Shown here: positions 36,285 through 46,052 of the stretch, piece after piece
Numbering within the stretch: position 1 is the first letter of the stretch
Layout of the letters: the number at the start of each line of letters is the position of its first letter
Assembly (NCBI GenBank): GCA_003193925.1
Contig: PSPG01000004.1
Location: 64,001-128,000, forward strand
Direction of reading: 5' to 3'
DNA from: Candidatus Thalassarchaeum betae
GTDB lineage: Archaea > Thermoplasmatota > Poseidoniia > Poseidoniales > Thalassarchaeaceae
DNA length: 64,000 nt
The notes under the pieces: generated by a model
Told to the model about the DNA's origin: nothing
Seen by the model: the letters and a program-made list of their open reading frames with translations, nothing else
Database searches by the model: none
Made by a program: the position numbers and the translations under genes

Positions 36285-38543
36285 GTGAAGTTGATGATTC
36301 TCGAATCCGGAGCCAAAGCCCGCACCGTCAAGAAGTACCTTGGCAAGGACTGGATTGTCAATGCGTGCAAAGGGCATGTCCAGGACCTGCCCCCCTCCAA
36401 GGCGATGTGGGCCTCAGAGGATGGAAAGCTGCCAGAACCGCCCTGGGATTGGACAGAAGGGGCGGAGAGAGTCGTTGCTGGGATTCGCAGAAAGGCGGAA
36501 GACTCCGACGTTGAGGAGATCTATATCGCCACCGACCCCGATCGTGAGGGCGAATTCATCGCATGGCGTCTCAGCATACTGTTCTCTGACTTTCCCGAAG
36601 TGAAGCGTGTCACCTTCAATGAGATAACCAAGTCGGCTGTGAATGAGGCTATCGATAACTGCACGGACATCGACATGGACCTCGTCGATGCTGCGAAGGT
36701 TCGCCGGTTCACGGATAGACTGGTTGGCTTCCGTTGCTCTAAATTCAGCAAGTCGTGGAGGCTTCCCTCGATGGGGCGAGTCCAGACCCCGACGCTGGGA
36801 TTCATCGTTCAGAGGGAGCTCGAGAGGGAGGCCCATGTTCCAATAGAGTACCACAGCGTCCATGCTGAATCAGACGGAGTCAGGTTCAACGTCAGGTTCC
36901 ACGAGAAGGATGACTCCGATGCCTGGAAGGACGATTCTGGAAAGCACCGTGCTGACAGAACCTCTGACGGAGACCTTGCTGAGCATGCATTCCAAGCACT
37001 GCTGAAGGCTGGAGAGATGACCATCACCTCAGTGAAAGAAGGCAAGACGAATCGTAACCCTCAACCGCCATTCACCACAGACACGCTGCTCCAAGCAGCT
37101 AACTCCACCTTAAAGTGGTCCGTTTCCAAGACCGCCAGAGTCGCTCAATCACTGTATCAGTCTGGGCACATAACATACATCCGCACGGATTCGACCCGGA
37201 CCAATGCCGAAGCCCGAAACAAGGTCAGGGAGCACATCAAGGAGAAGTATGGGAAGGATCACCTCGGACCGGGAATGCTGGGATCCGATGTCAAAAAGGG
37301 TGCTTCAAATGTTCAAGACGCACACGAGGCAATTAGGCCTACTAGGCCCGAGAGCACCTCGATTACGACGGATAGGGCTGATGGGAAGAAGCTGTACGGC
37401 TTGATTTGGGCCCGCTTCGCAGCCAGTCAGATGTCCCAATCAGTCAGGGAGAGAAGGGACTTACAAGCCGGCTTGGATGAGTTGGATATACCTCTGAATG
37501 GGAGTGCTTCCTGGAGGATCCATGCTGGTTGGGAGGCCGTTTTCTCACAATATCTTGGTGATGTTAGAACCACTTCACCTGACTCCCCTCTCATCATTGG
37601 AGCGGTATGGTCCATAGACGCATCAGACGACAATCCACACATGACGACGGATGAGACCAAGCCTCCAAGGAGATTCTCGGAGAGCTCGATCGTCCAAGAG
37701 ATGAAGAGGGCCGGGATAGGCAGACCGTCGACCTATGTCTCGACCGTATCCAAATTGGGGGCCAGAGGCTATGTCGAGCTTGAGGGCAACTCGCTGATCC
37801 CAACCGATGATGGGCGGACGATGTGGCTTCAAGTAGTGCCATTCTACAATGCGCAGGATAAGGCAGAAGGACTGTTCACTCCGGAGTTCACCGCCAAGAT
37901 GGAGAAGGATCTGGATCGCGTTGAGCATGCCCAGACTAGTGGAGCGAGTGTTTGGGCCAGCTTCTTGGATGTATTCAGGGCGATGCACAACAGCGCTCTG
38001 GAGGATAGGCGGAAAGTGCCGACTCCTCGTCAGCTGGCCCTGCTGGAGAGCCGTCTGACTGTCCTCGATGAGGCCTATCGGGAAGAGTTGCTTGCCGGGA
38101 AGGCCATAGGAGATCTCAGCGGTGAAGAGGCCAGAGGACTCATCGGGACCCTAATGGAGGCGAATGGGCGCAATGGCCCCCTTCCGGCAAGCGAGAAGCA
38201 GACAGCACTCATAGTGAAGCTCTCTGACCGGATTGGCATTGGCCTGACAAAGGCCTTGGGGCTGGTGGATTCGACAGACATCAGTGAGCTTACCGGAGGC
38301 AGAGACGGATCAGCCAGCGCGCTGATCTCGACTCTGATTGAGCAGAGCGGGGCAATGCCGGCGACTCCAGCTCAGGTGGACCTGGTCAACAAACTGGCTG
38401 AGCAACACGAGGTTTCGCTCGATCGGGTTCTGGCCATCGCCGGACTGAAGGAAATTGATGAGATGTCAAAGACCGATGCTAGCGACATCATCGGCGAGAT
38501 GAAGAAACGGCGCGGAACTAGAAGGCGCCGGGGTAAAGCATAA
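36285..38543 (+). CDS. topA: Type IA DNA topoisomerase
   Basis: ILES.AK, ATDPDREGE, GRVQTP, ITYIRTDS (catalytic Tyr), AHEAIRPT, GIGRPSTY. Confidence 0.96.
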   Translation: MKLMILESGAKARTVKKYLGKDWIVNACKGHVQDLPPSKAMWASEDGKLPEPPWDWTEGAERVVAGIRRKAEDSDVEEIYIATDPDREGEFIAWRLSILFSDFPEVKRVTFNEITKSAVNEAIDNCTDIDMDLVDAAKVRRFTDRLVGFRCSKFSKSWRLPSMGRVQTPTLGFIVQRELEREAHVPIEYHSVHAESDGVRFNVRFHEKDDSDAWKDDSGKHRADRTSDGDLAEHAFQALLKAGEMTITSVKEGKTNRNPQPPFTTDTLLQAANSTLKWSVSKTARVAQSLYQSGHITYIRTDSTRTNAEARNKVREHIKEKYGKDHLGPGMLGSDVKKGASNVQDAHEAIRPTRPESTSITTDRADGKKLYGLIWARFAASQMSQSVRERRDLQAGLDELDIPLNGSASWRIHAGWEAVFSQYLGDVRTTSPDSPLIIGAVWSIDASDDNPHMTTDETKPPRRFSESSIVQEMKRAGIGRPSTYVSTVSKLGARGYVELEGNSLIPTDDGRTMWLQVVPFYNAQDKAEGLFTPEFTAKMEKDLDRVEHAQTSGASVWASFLDVFRAMHNSALEDRRKVPTPRQLALLESRLTVLDEAYREELLAGKAIGDLSGEEARGLIGTLMEANGRNGPLPASEKQTALIVKLSDRIGIGLTKALGLVDSTDISELTGGRDGSASALISTLIEQSGAMPATPAQVDLVNKLAEQHEVSLDRVLAIAGLKEIDEMSKTDASDIIGEMKKRRGTRRRRGKA

Positions 38544-38555
38544 CACGGCCACTTC

Positions 38556-39803
38556 GTGACAGCACTCAAGAACAAGCGCCCTGCAAGAGGTGACGTGGGA
38601 GTGTCCGAGTACGATGCTGTCGTCGTGGGTGCTGGGCCGATTGGTGGATATCTCGCCGCCGGGCTGGCAGAAGGAGGAGTCAGTGTTCTTCTTCTCGAAG
38701 AGCATTCAGAGATAGGGCGGCCATTCCAGTGCGCTGGTCTGGTTAATCCCCATGTCATGAATCTCACAGGCTTGCATCACACCGTTCTTTCACCAATCTG
38801 GGGCGCTAGGATACACAGCCCTTCGGGGACTCCAGTTGTGATTGGTGATGAGGGTCGCATCCGCACATGGTCCGTATGCCGCAAACTCTTCGATGAGGGG
38901 ATCGTCAGGCAGGCAATAGAGAAAGGCGCTCACATCTGGCTATCCAGCAAACCAATTTCGGCTGTAATTGAGGAAGGATCTGTCAATCTCCGCATACGCA
39001 CCCCGAAAGGAGTCAAGGATGTCCGATGCCGTCTACTATGCGGTGCAGATGGAGCCCACTCGTGGGTCCGACGTCATTTCAAGATGGGGCGGCCAAAGGA
39101 ACTTATGATCGGATTCCAAGTCGAGGTCACCGGATATCGGGGGCAAGAGGGTCGGCTGGACATGTACACCGGATCGCGCATAGCACCCGGCTTCTTTGCA
39201 TGGGCGATACCCTCTGGGGAGACTACTAGGATAGGGACATGGAGCAAACCAGGCCTCATGGGTGGCGAATCTTGCGAGCAGTTGCTGGATAGGTTACGAG
39301 AGGAACCGCTCTGGAGGAATCGGTTCTCGGGATGCAAGGAGATAGGCAGATTCTGTGGACCTATACCCAGTGGCATGGTGAAGCGTCCGATGATAGGCAG
39401 AGTTGCGTTGTTCGGGGACGCTGCAGGGCTATGCAAGCCCACTACTGGGGGAGGAATAGGACCGGGCTTCGCTCAGGTTGACCTAGTGACGCCCCACCTC
39501 TTAGATGCGCTCAAGTGCGATGACCTGTCAGACGGCAGGATGAGTGAAATTGCTGGCTTCATGGGGCCGATGAGGAGGAGTCAGAGGAGGTCAAAGGCGT
39601 TACGCGACGCATTCCTCACAGAATCCACAGACTCCGAGTTGGACGATATTTTCGCAGTATGGGCACGTCCCGAGGTCATCGAGTTAATCAACGATATAGG
39701 AGAAATCGAGCATCCCATCCCGCTGGGAATCAAGATGCTCAGGGAGATTCCCGAATTCCGCTCGCTGACTAAGCGGGCGGTCAAGGCCATCCTCTTGGGG
39801 TGA
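38556..39803 (+). CDS. Geranylgeranyl reductase family FAD oxidoreductase
   Basis: VVGAGPIG, P.QCAG, GADG, PGFFAW.IP, GDAAG.CKP.TGGGI; start may be 38595 or 38601. Confidence 0.88.
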   Translation: MTALKNKRPARGDVGVSEYDAVVVGAGPIGGYLAAGLAEGGVSVLLLEEHSEIGRPFQCAGLVNPHVMNLTGLHHTVLSPIWGARIHSPSGTPVVIGDEGRIRTWSVCRKLFDEGIVRQAIEKGAHIWLSSKPISAVIEEGSVNLRIRTPKGVKDVRCRLLCGADGAHSWVRRHFKMGRPKELMIGFQVEVTGYRGQEGRLDMYTGSRIAPGFFAWAIPSGETTRIGTWSKPGLMGGESCEQLLDRLREEPLWRNRFSGCKEIGRFCGPIPSGMVKRPMIGRVALFGDAAGLCKPTTGGGIGPGFAQVDLVTPHLLDALKCDDLSDGRMSEIAGFMGPMRRSQRRSKALRDAFLTESTDSELDDIFAVWARPEVIELINDIGEIEHPIPLGIKMLREIPEFRSLTKRAVKAILLG

Positions 39804-39807
39804 TCCA

Positions 39808-40890
39808 GTGCACAAGTCAGTTCAGCGAATCAGATATCCCCCCTTCGAGTACTCACACATGAATGCAGGAGGGGTGCCGTTGGTCGAAGTGGTGATGGAA
39901 TCCGATAATCCTCCTCCGCCATCATTCAGGATCGGCATGGACGAAGATTGGATGGTGGAATGGAGGCGTTGCAAGGATGATGACCCGGAATGGCCGGTCA
40001 TACAATCCGATGTCTCCACTGACCCATTTCCCTTCCTGATGAGTACGAGGAATGGTTGGTACATCGAACCCGACCCATTGCACTCCCTAGCAAGGAGGCT
40101 GATCCCTCCGACGGCGTCCATCCTGATCCTCACGTTGTTGATTCACACGATGGAGCCAGGTCTTGTGAATATCGGGGTGCTCTCGGAGGCGATTGCAGGA
40201 TCCTACAGAATCGGCCCTTTGGACTACCCCAAGCTACTGGTAGTGGCCTTACCGATATTCCTGCTGCCCATCGTTTCGAGGATGGTTGCCAACCTGCGTG
40301 ACATACGAAGGCAGAACGCGTACATCGCATCGCCTCTGGACTCTCCGGAAATCTCTCTGGCGAACGAGGGAAATGGAATCAAGATCGTCAGGCTGGTAAT
40401 GCCGTTAGAGGTGATGGCTCGCCGAGCTCGGATTCAGGTCGGCATCGCCGTTCCCGAGAGGAGCAAGGTGCTAGAGGCGCTGTCGAGGGACGAGGGCGGG
40501 CAGCCAGCACCGGGAATGTCCACACAACTGCCTGAGCGCAGAATCACCACTGGGGAAGAACTCGGTACCGGGGTCGGCGAGGCAACTCCAATGCCTATCG
40601 CCCATCCTAGGGTGCTGCTGCTAGAGCCGATGAGGGTCCGAGAGGCTGGCGAGTGGGTCGATTTCAAGGGTGGCGAGACCAGCTATTACCTCAAAGGTCC
40701 GGAGGACTTGTGGCCCGGCTCAATCTACTCAGCTGTAATAGCAGTTCACTGGGAGCTCGTGATCGAAGCGATTAGGGACGATGGGACGAAGATGAAGTGG
40801 GTGAGGCCGCTGAAGATGCCTCCACGAGAGGGGCTGGAGCATATCCCGACGTTGCCCGTAAGGAGCGGTAGGACCGAACTGTCGACTTGA
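39808..40890 (+). CDS. Hypothetical membrane protein (2 TM)
   Basis: Long ORF 4 nt after the reductase stop. Confidence 0.75.
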   Translation: MHKSVQRIRYPPFEYSHMNAGGVPLVEVVMESDNPPPPSFRIGMDEDWMVEWRRCKDDDPEWPVIQSDVSTDPFPFLMSTRNGWYIEPDPLHSLARRLIPPTASILILTLLIHTMEPGLVNIGVLSEAIAGSYRIGPLDYPKLLVVALPIFLLPIVSRMVANLRDIRRQNAYIASPLDSPEISLANEGNGIKIVRLVMPLEVMARRARIQVGIAVPERSKVLEALSRDEGGQPAPGMSTQLPERRITTGEELGTGVGEATPMPIAHPRVLLLEPMRVREAGEWVDFKGGETSYYLKGPEDLWPGSIYSAVIAVHWELVIEAIRDDGTKMKWVRPLKMPPREGLEHIPTLPVRSGRTELST

Positions 40891-42057
40891 TCAGGCCGGC
40901 TGCAGCGGTACTGGTGCTACCAGAATCTCGTCTTCAATGACTGTGTCCAGGGAGACGTAGTCGGAATCGCGCTTGCGCGGTCGGAACCCGGCTCGGAGTA
41001 TCATTCTCTGCAGTTCATGCTCCGCTGCTTCGGTCTTGGTGGTTCCAGATGCTGAGACGACGTTTTCCTCCATCATGGTGGAGCCGGCGTCATCGGCCCC
41101 AGCGAGTAATGCCATCTGAGCGACGCCGACGCCCATTGTGGGCCAAGAAGCCTGAATGTGGTCGACGTTGTCGAAGAACAAGCGCGAGACAGCGACATGC
41201 CGGAGGTACTCCGTTGGACCTGCGCCCAACTCAATTCTGTTGTGACCCCTGTTCCTCGACCCAAAGCTGTTGTTCTCTAACATCACCGGCCATGCGATGA
41301 ACGAAGTGAATCCCGTCCTACCTGAAGCATGCGCCTCGTCCTGCATTGCCCTTATGCTGTCCATGTGCAGGATTCGGTGTCTGGGCGTCTCCCCGAATCC
41401 GAAGACGTTGGTCGCAGAGGTCGTCAGCCCCAGACTCTGAGCCTCCCCCATCACCCTGAGCCAATTGTCCGCAGAGCCCTTCTTCGGAGAGATGTCCAGT
41501 CTGACATCGTCCACCAGCATTTCTGCGCCGCCCCCCGGAAGGCCATGCATGCCCACTTCTTGCAATTCACGGAGGACCTCGAGGGTAGTCATCCCGCATA
41601 CTTCGGCGATACCCTCGATTTCAATGGGGGAGAAGCAGTCCAACGAAATTGAAGGGTGCCTTCTTCTCAAATCCCTGAGCAGGTCGAGGTACCAATCGAG
41701 GAGGAGTTCGGGGTGGACCCCTCCTTGCATCAGGACGCGTGAGCCTCCGATAGCCTCCAATTCGGCGATCCTCTCACTAATTTGGTCAACCGATTGGGTG
41801 TACGTCTCGGGATGATCGGGAGGGCGATAGAAAGAGCAGAACTGGCAGTTGATGGTGCAGACGTTGGTGTAGTTCACATTCCTGTCAATCAGATAAGTGA
41901 CCTCATTACCGGGAACCTGCAGCCTTCTGCGCATCATGGCGGCGTGCATCAGGTCGTTGAGATCCGCGGACTCGTAGAGCGTGACCGCGTCCTCGATGGT
42001 CAGCCTCTGGCAATCGGATGACATCTGAGATGCCAGTATGACTCTCCAGTCTGACAG
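40891..42057 (-). CDS. mqnC: CofH/MqnC-family radical SAM enzyme, most like cyclic dehypoxanthine futalosine synthase
   Basis: IDRNVNYTNVCTINCQFCSF, LMQGGVHP, PGGGAE, QASW, GADD.GSTMMEENVVS; CTG start inferred from SD spacing. Confidence 0.82.
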   Translation of the reverse strand: MSDWRVILASQMSSDCQRLTIEDAVTLYESADLNDLMHAAMMRRRLQVPGNEVTYLIDRNVNYTNVCTINCQFCSFYRPPDHPETYTQSVDQISERIAELEAIGGSRVLMQGGVHPELLLDWYLDLLRDLRRRHPSISLDCFSPIEIEGIAEVCGMTTLEVLRELQEVGMHGLPGGGAEMLVDDVRLDISPKKGSADNWLRVMGEAQSLGLTTSATNVFGFGETPRHRILHMDSIRAMQDEAHASGRTGFTSFIAWPVMLENNSFGSRNRGHNRIELGAGPTEYLRHVAVSRLFFDNVDHIQASWPTMGVGVAQMALLAGADDAGSTMMEENVVSASGTTKTEAAEHELQRMILRAGFRPRKRDSDYVSLDTVIEDEILVAPVPLQPA

Positions 42058-42061
42058 AATA

Positions 42062-43408
42062 TCACCTATCACTTCCAATGAGTGCTTCTATTTCATCAAT
42101 TGTCTTCGGACAATCCGAGGTCAGCACTACTGGACCGCCCTCGGTGATGAGTACGTCATCCTCTATACGCACCCCTATTCCGGAGTACCTCTCGGGAATC
42201 TCGACGTCCGTCCTCCAACTGCCGAAGTATAATCCCGGCTCGACGGTTAGGACCATGCCGGGCCCGAGGTCGCGCCCGGGCCCATCATCGCCTTGTCGGC
42301 CACCTCCGACATCGTGGACATCAAGTCCCAGCAAGTGCCCCGTACCGTGCATGAAGTAGTTCCTGTAGGGTCCGTCGAAGTCCTCCCCCAGAGCATCCTC
42401 TAGTGAGTAGTCTAGGATGCCGAGGTCAATCAATCCCTGAGCGAGTACGTTAGAAGTCGCATGGTGCATCGCGCTCCACGGTGAGCCTGCTTGGCATGCC
42501 TCAATTCCAGCCATTTGCGCCCTGAGGACGAGTTCGTAAATCTCTCGCTGTGCATCACTGAACCGCCCGTTCACCGGCCAGGTTCTCGTAATGTCGGATG
42601 CATATCCCTCGACCTCTGATCCGGCATCGACAAGGACGAGATCGCCGCCGGCGATAACAGCATTATTGGCATTGTAGTGGAGGATTGTGGCGTTATCACC
42701 GCCGCCAACTATTGTTGGGTAACTCCAACGGCTCTTGCTCGCGGTGAAATGTCTCTCGATGACGGCTTGTACCTGCCACTCTCCAATATCAGCATAAGCC
42801 GCTCGCATCGTCGCAACATGGGCCGCAGAGGCGATGTCTGCCGACTCCTGCATCAACTGGATCTCTCGATCGGACTTGCGTACCCGCATCTCATCGAGTA
42901 TCGAGGATGGGTCAGAAAGGCTCGTCGGGCCGATGTACTTGGTGTTGCTGTCACGCGACTTGGAGTTCACTGCGCTGTTCACCATCTCATCCAATATCGG
43001 ATTGAGGCCTGGGATTAGGTGAATCTGCTTGCAAGCCTCGAAGTGCTCTGCTACCGTTTTCTCCAGATCTTCCAGAGAATGAGCCTCATCGATGGGCCAC
43101 CCGGAGGCAGCGCCCTCTGTGCCAACCCTTCGACCCTCCCATATCTCGGTCTTGGTGTCTCGAGGTTGGACGAATAGCGAGGTCGTCCACGCGCCTGAGT
43201 CGTAATGAGACATCAGAACGGCTCCGGGCTCATTCCACCCACACAGATAGAGCATGTACGAACTGGCACGAAACGGGTAATGGACGTCATTGGAGCGATT
43301 CGCGTGGGGATTGGTGGGAATCAGCACCAAGCTGTCGGACGGAATCTGCCCTAGGAATTCAGACTGGCGCCCGCGATACTCGGCCTCGGAGAATGCAAGC
43401 TCAGCCAT
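42062..43408 (-). CDS. pepP: Xaa-Pro aminopeptidase
   Basis: YPFR..S, LHY, DAG.E..GYASDITRT, HGTGH.LGLDVHD, TVEPG, GVRIEDD. Confidence 0.95.
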   Translation of the reverse strand: MAELAFSEAEYRGRQSEFLGQIPSDSLVLIPTNPHANRSNDVHYPFRASSYMLYLCGWNEPGAVLMSHYDSGAWTTSLFVQPRDTKTEIWEGRRVGTEGAASGWPIDEAHSLEDLEKTVAEHFEACKQIHLIPGLNPILDEMVNSAVNSKSRDSNTKYIGPTSLSDPSSILDEMRVRKSDREIQLMQESADIASAAHVATMRAAYADIGEWQVQAVIERHFTASKSRWSYPTIVGGGDNATILHYNANNAVIAGGDLVLVDAGSEVEGYASDITRTWPVNGRFSDAQREIYELVLRAQMAGIEACQAGSPWSAMHHATSNVLAQGLIDLGILDYSLEDALGEDFDGPYRNYFMHGTGHLLGLDVHDVGGGRQGDDGPGRDLGPGMVLTVEPGLYFGSWRTDVEIPERYSGIGVRIEDDVLITEGGPVVLTSDCPKTIDEIEALIGSDR

Positions 43409-43467
43409 ACGTCTCGCCGGGCTGTCGACTAGAGGCCCGTTCTTAGGGGTGTGGGAAGTCGAAGACG

Positions 43468-44970
43468 TCAGTTTTCGTTGCCGGACTTCCATTTCGGAAT
43501 GGACGCGGAATCGTCCGAAGAACGGTACCTCAGCAATATGGCCGAGACCATGAAGATGGCTGAAATCGCAAGGGCGATTAGCGGGTAGGGCAGGGGCTCG
43601 CTCACGTCGGGGTTGACCAATTGTACAGAGACGGTGCCGTACTCATCATCATCGTCGATGACGTCCAAAGTGAGAATTAGTTCGTCTCCGGCGCCCGAAG
43701 GCCAGGAAAGAGTTCTCTGGCAGCCCTCATACATTGGAGCGTAATCAATCTTCCAAACGCACCTCAACCCGGCTTGATCGTTAGCTGAGTCGACCGAGGC
43801 GGAAGCGTCCAAAGCCCATTCGCCGCCTGGGCTCAACTTGATGCTGTCACCATCTGAGACAGGACTGCCATCCACATACATCTTGGCCGTGGGTATGACG
43901 TTCTCCACAGTGAATGTCTTGACTGATGTGCTTGAAACCCCACCGGCGTCCATCACGCGCAGAGTCAGAGTGTATTCGCCGGAGGTCTCGCTGCCCATAG
44001 AGTAAGTGCCGAGGCCGTCCCCCATGACGATGTCGAGCGGTGTCGAACCAGTGTGTGAGGGCCTTCTCAGCACCCACATGTAATGCATGTCCTCCCTGCC
44101 CCATACCGGGTCGTTGGAGGCACTGCCGTCGAACAACAGATCGCCACTGCCCTCCAGCACGCTGTCTGGCCCCGCCAGTGTGATTGCCGGAGCAAGATTG
44201 TTGACCCGGATGGGCACGCAGGTCTGAGCGAAGGTAACCCCGGAGGGATCGTAGTTCTCGGCGTAGAAGGAGTGCCATCCATCATAGAGCCCCGAAATGT
44301 CGATCCTGTTCGAGAAAGAGCCATCTGGAATAATCACCAATAGATGTGAACTGAAATCGGAATCGGCCTCGATCATGCACACATCTGCCGCGTTGGAAGC
44401 CGACTTCGCGAAGAATCGGAGCTCCGGAGAAGTCCATACCATAGGGTGCGAACTCCAGCCTGAAGCGGTGAGTGAGTTGGAAACCCAATCCCCCGAGGCC
44501 GGAGAGTGGAGCATGATTGCTGACTTAGCCGTATCTCCGAGGAACAAAACTTGTCGGGCCTGCGATGTCTCCCCGGAAGCGGACTCCACTGTGACTGTGA
44601 GGTAGCAGGTGCATGGGGAGTACTCTGCCACATCGAGTTCCAGCGACCAGATCCAGATGGGCCTTGAACCCGATGAGTCGGCTTCCTCCAAAGTCGTCGA
44701 CAGATCCCCGCTGCCGAGCTCTGCCTCCTCGCCAATGCTCCATGTCACGTGAGGGGGCCTCTCTTCGTCCTCGACGAAACCTGTGATTACAGTAGTTTCG
44801 TTCGTGGTGAAGCCATTCTCGAAATCGAATCCGATGAGAGGAACATCGTCGGAATCCTCCGCGCTGACAGGGGTAAGAGTGGGGGACCACGCCGCTATAA
44901 GCAGCAAGACGACGAACAACCTAGGGGACTTCACAGCGTATGGCCGGACCAATTCCGTAATGAATCTCAT
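43468..44970 (-). CDS. Secreted, membrane-anchored protein with PKD/Ig-like domains
   Basis: Signal peptide ending VSA-ED, FDGSAS.D and LDASAS.D motifs, C-terminal TM. Confidence 0.8.
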   Translation of the reverse strand: MRFITELVRPYAVKSPRLFVVLLLIAAWSPTLTPVSAEDSDDVPLIGFDFENGFTTNETTVITGFVEDEERPPHVTWSIGEEAELGSGDLSTTLEEADSSGSRPIWIWSLELDVAEYSPCTCYLTVTVESASGETSQARQVLFLGDTAKSAIMLHSPASGDWVSNSLTASGWSSHPMVWTSPELRFFAKSASNAADVCMIEADSDFSSHLLVIIPDGSFSNRIDISGLYDGWHSFYAENYDPSGVTFAQTCVPIRVNNLAPAITLAGPDSVLEGSGDLLFDGSASNDPVWGREDMHYMWVLRRPSHTGSTPLDIVMGDGLGTYSMGSETSGEYTLTLRVMDAGGVSSTSVKTFTVENVIPTAKMYVDGSPVSDGDSIKLSPGGEWALDASASVDSANDQAGLRCVWKIDYAPMYEGCQRTLSWPSGAGDELILTLDVIDDDDEYGTVSVQLVNPDVSEPLPYPLIALAISAIFMVSAILLRYRSSDDSASIPKWKSGNEN

Positions 44971-44992
44971 GCCTAAATGATGATTGTTCCAA

Positions 44993-46051
44993 TCATCTGT
45001 CTGAAATCTGTAATTGCCACGCCAGCTCATCCAGCCAAATGCCTAGAGTGGTACGGTTGACGAACTCATGGCTGGCCTCGGCAGACAGCACGCATTCGCA
45101 GGCTGCGGCGGCCAGAGTGGCAGCATCGGCCATAGAATGTCCGTTGCCAAGCGCGGCCGCCAGAGCGGTGGCGGCTGCGTCGTGGAGGCCAATCTGCTGA
45201 AGAGGGGCGTCAGTGGAGCAAGGCAGGTGCATCGGCTCGCCATCCGCTTGGTAGAGAGTGACTCCGTGGACGCCGCCAAGCACTAGCATGGCCCCCCAGT
45301 CGTAAGTTTTGATCAGGCTCCTGGCAGCCTCTGCTTGGTCCGATGCAGTCAACCGGCGGCGAAGCAGGTCGAGTCCTCGAATCTCGAACAAGACGGCGTC
45401 GGCCCCCCTGCTCCTGTCGAGTCCGGTCAACTTGGGATCCATTATCACCGGAACGCCCGCACCGCTGGCCACCTTAATGAGAGATTGCGCACCATCTGTG
45501 GTCAGAACCCCCCTATCATAGTCGGAGAGCACGATGGCGCAGCTGTCCGATAGGGAAGACAGTGCCGAGGCCGTCAACGAAGCACTGACGCCTTCAGGTA
45601 GATCGTCACGTGGGCCACGGTCGGCCTGCAGGAGAATCTGACTCTTGTCCAGAAGGCTCTCGCGGCTCCCATAGAAGCGAATCTTGGTCAGAGTGCTCCG
45701 GCCTGGGACGATATCTATCCCAGATGTCCCTATGCCATCTGCAGACAGCTTCTCGATGATGACCCGGCCCTCCCTGTCGTCTCCGACGCAGCAGTGAAGG
45801 CTTACGGAAAGGCCGAGGGAATTGAGCCCCATCGCGATGTGCGCGGCAGCACCGGGTGTCTCCTCGGAACTCAGAATCTTGAGCACTGGGACGGGGGCTG
45901 TCGAATCCAAGTTGTTGGCAAATCCGTGATGGTACCTGTCCAGCATGACGTCACCGATCAGCGTGACCTTAGAGGAACCCATGCTCTCAAGCAGAGACCT
46001 GAGTCTCTTGAGAGCCTCAGCGCGCTCATGAACGTCGCCTTCGTCGGTCAT
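44993..46051 (-). CDS. PfkB-family, HldE/RfaE kinase-domain-like protein with degenerate motifs
   Basis: LIGDVMLDRY, APVPV, LSDY.RG, DPK; GAGD motif reads GLHD. Confidence 0.8.
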   Translation of the reverse strand: MTDEGDVHERAEALKRLRSLLESMGSSKVTLIGDVMLDRYHHGFANNLDSTAPVPVLKILSSEETPGAAAHIAMGLNSLGLSVSLHCCVGDDREGRVIIEKLSADGIGTSGIDIVPGRSTLTKIRFYGSRESLLDKSQILLQADRGPRDDLPEGVSASLTASALSSLSDSCAIVLSDYDRGVLTTDGAQSLIKVASGAGVPVIMDPKLTGLDRSRGADAVLFEIRGLDLLRRRLTASDQAEAARSLIKTYDWGAMLVLGGVHGVTLYQADGEPMHLPCSTDAPLQQIGLHDAAATALAAALGNGHSMADAATLAAAACECVLSAEASHEFVNRTTLGIWLDELAWQLQISDR

Positions 46052-46052
46052 C

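Noticed and set aside
40891-42057. CofH (F420 biosynthesis)
   Set aside because: No cofG nearby; IDRNVNY and EENVVS motifs fit MqnC better
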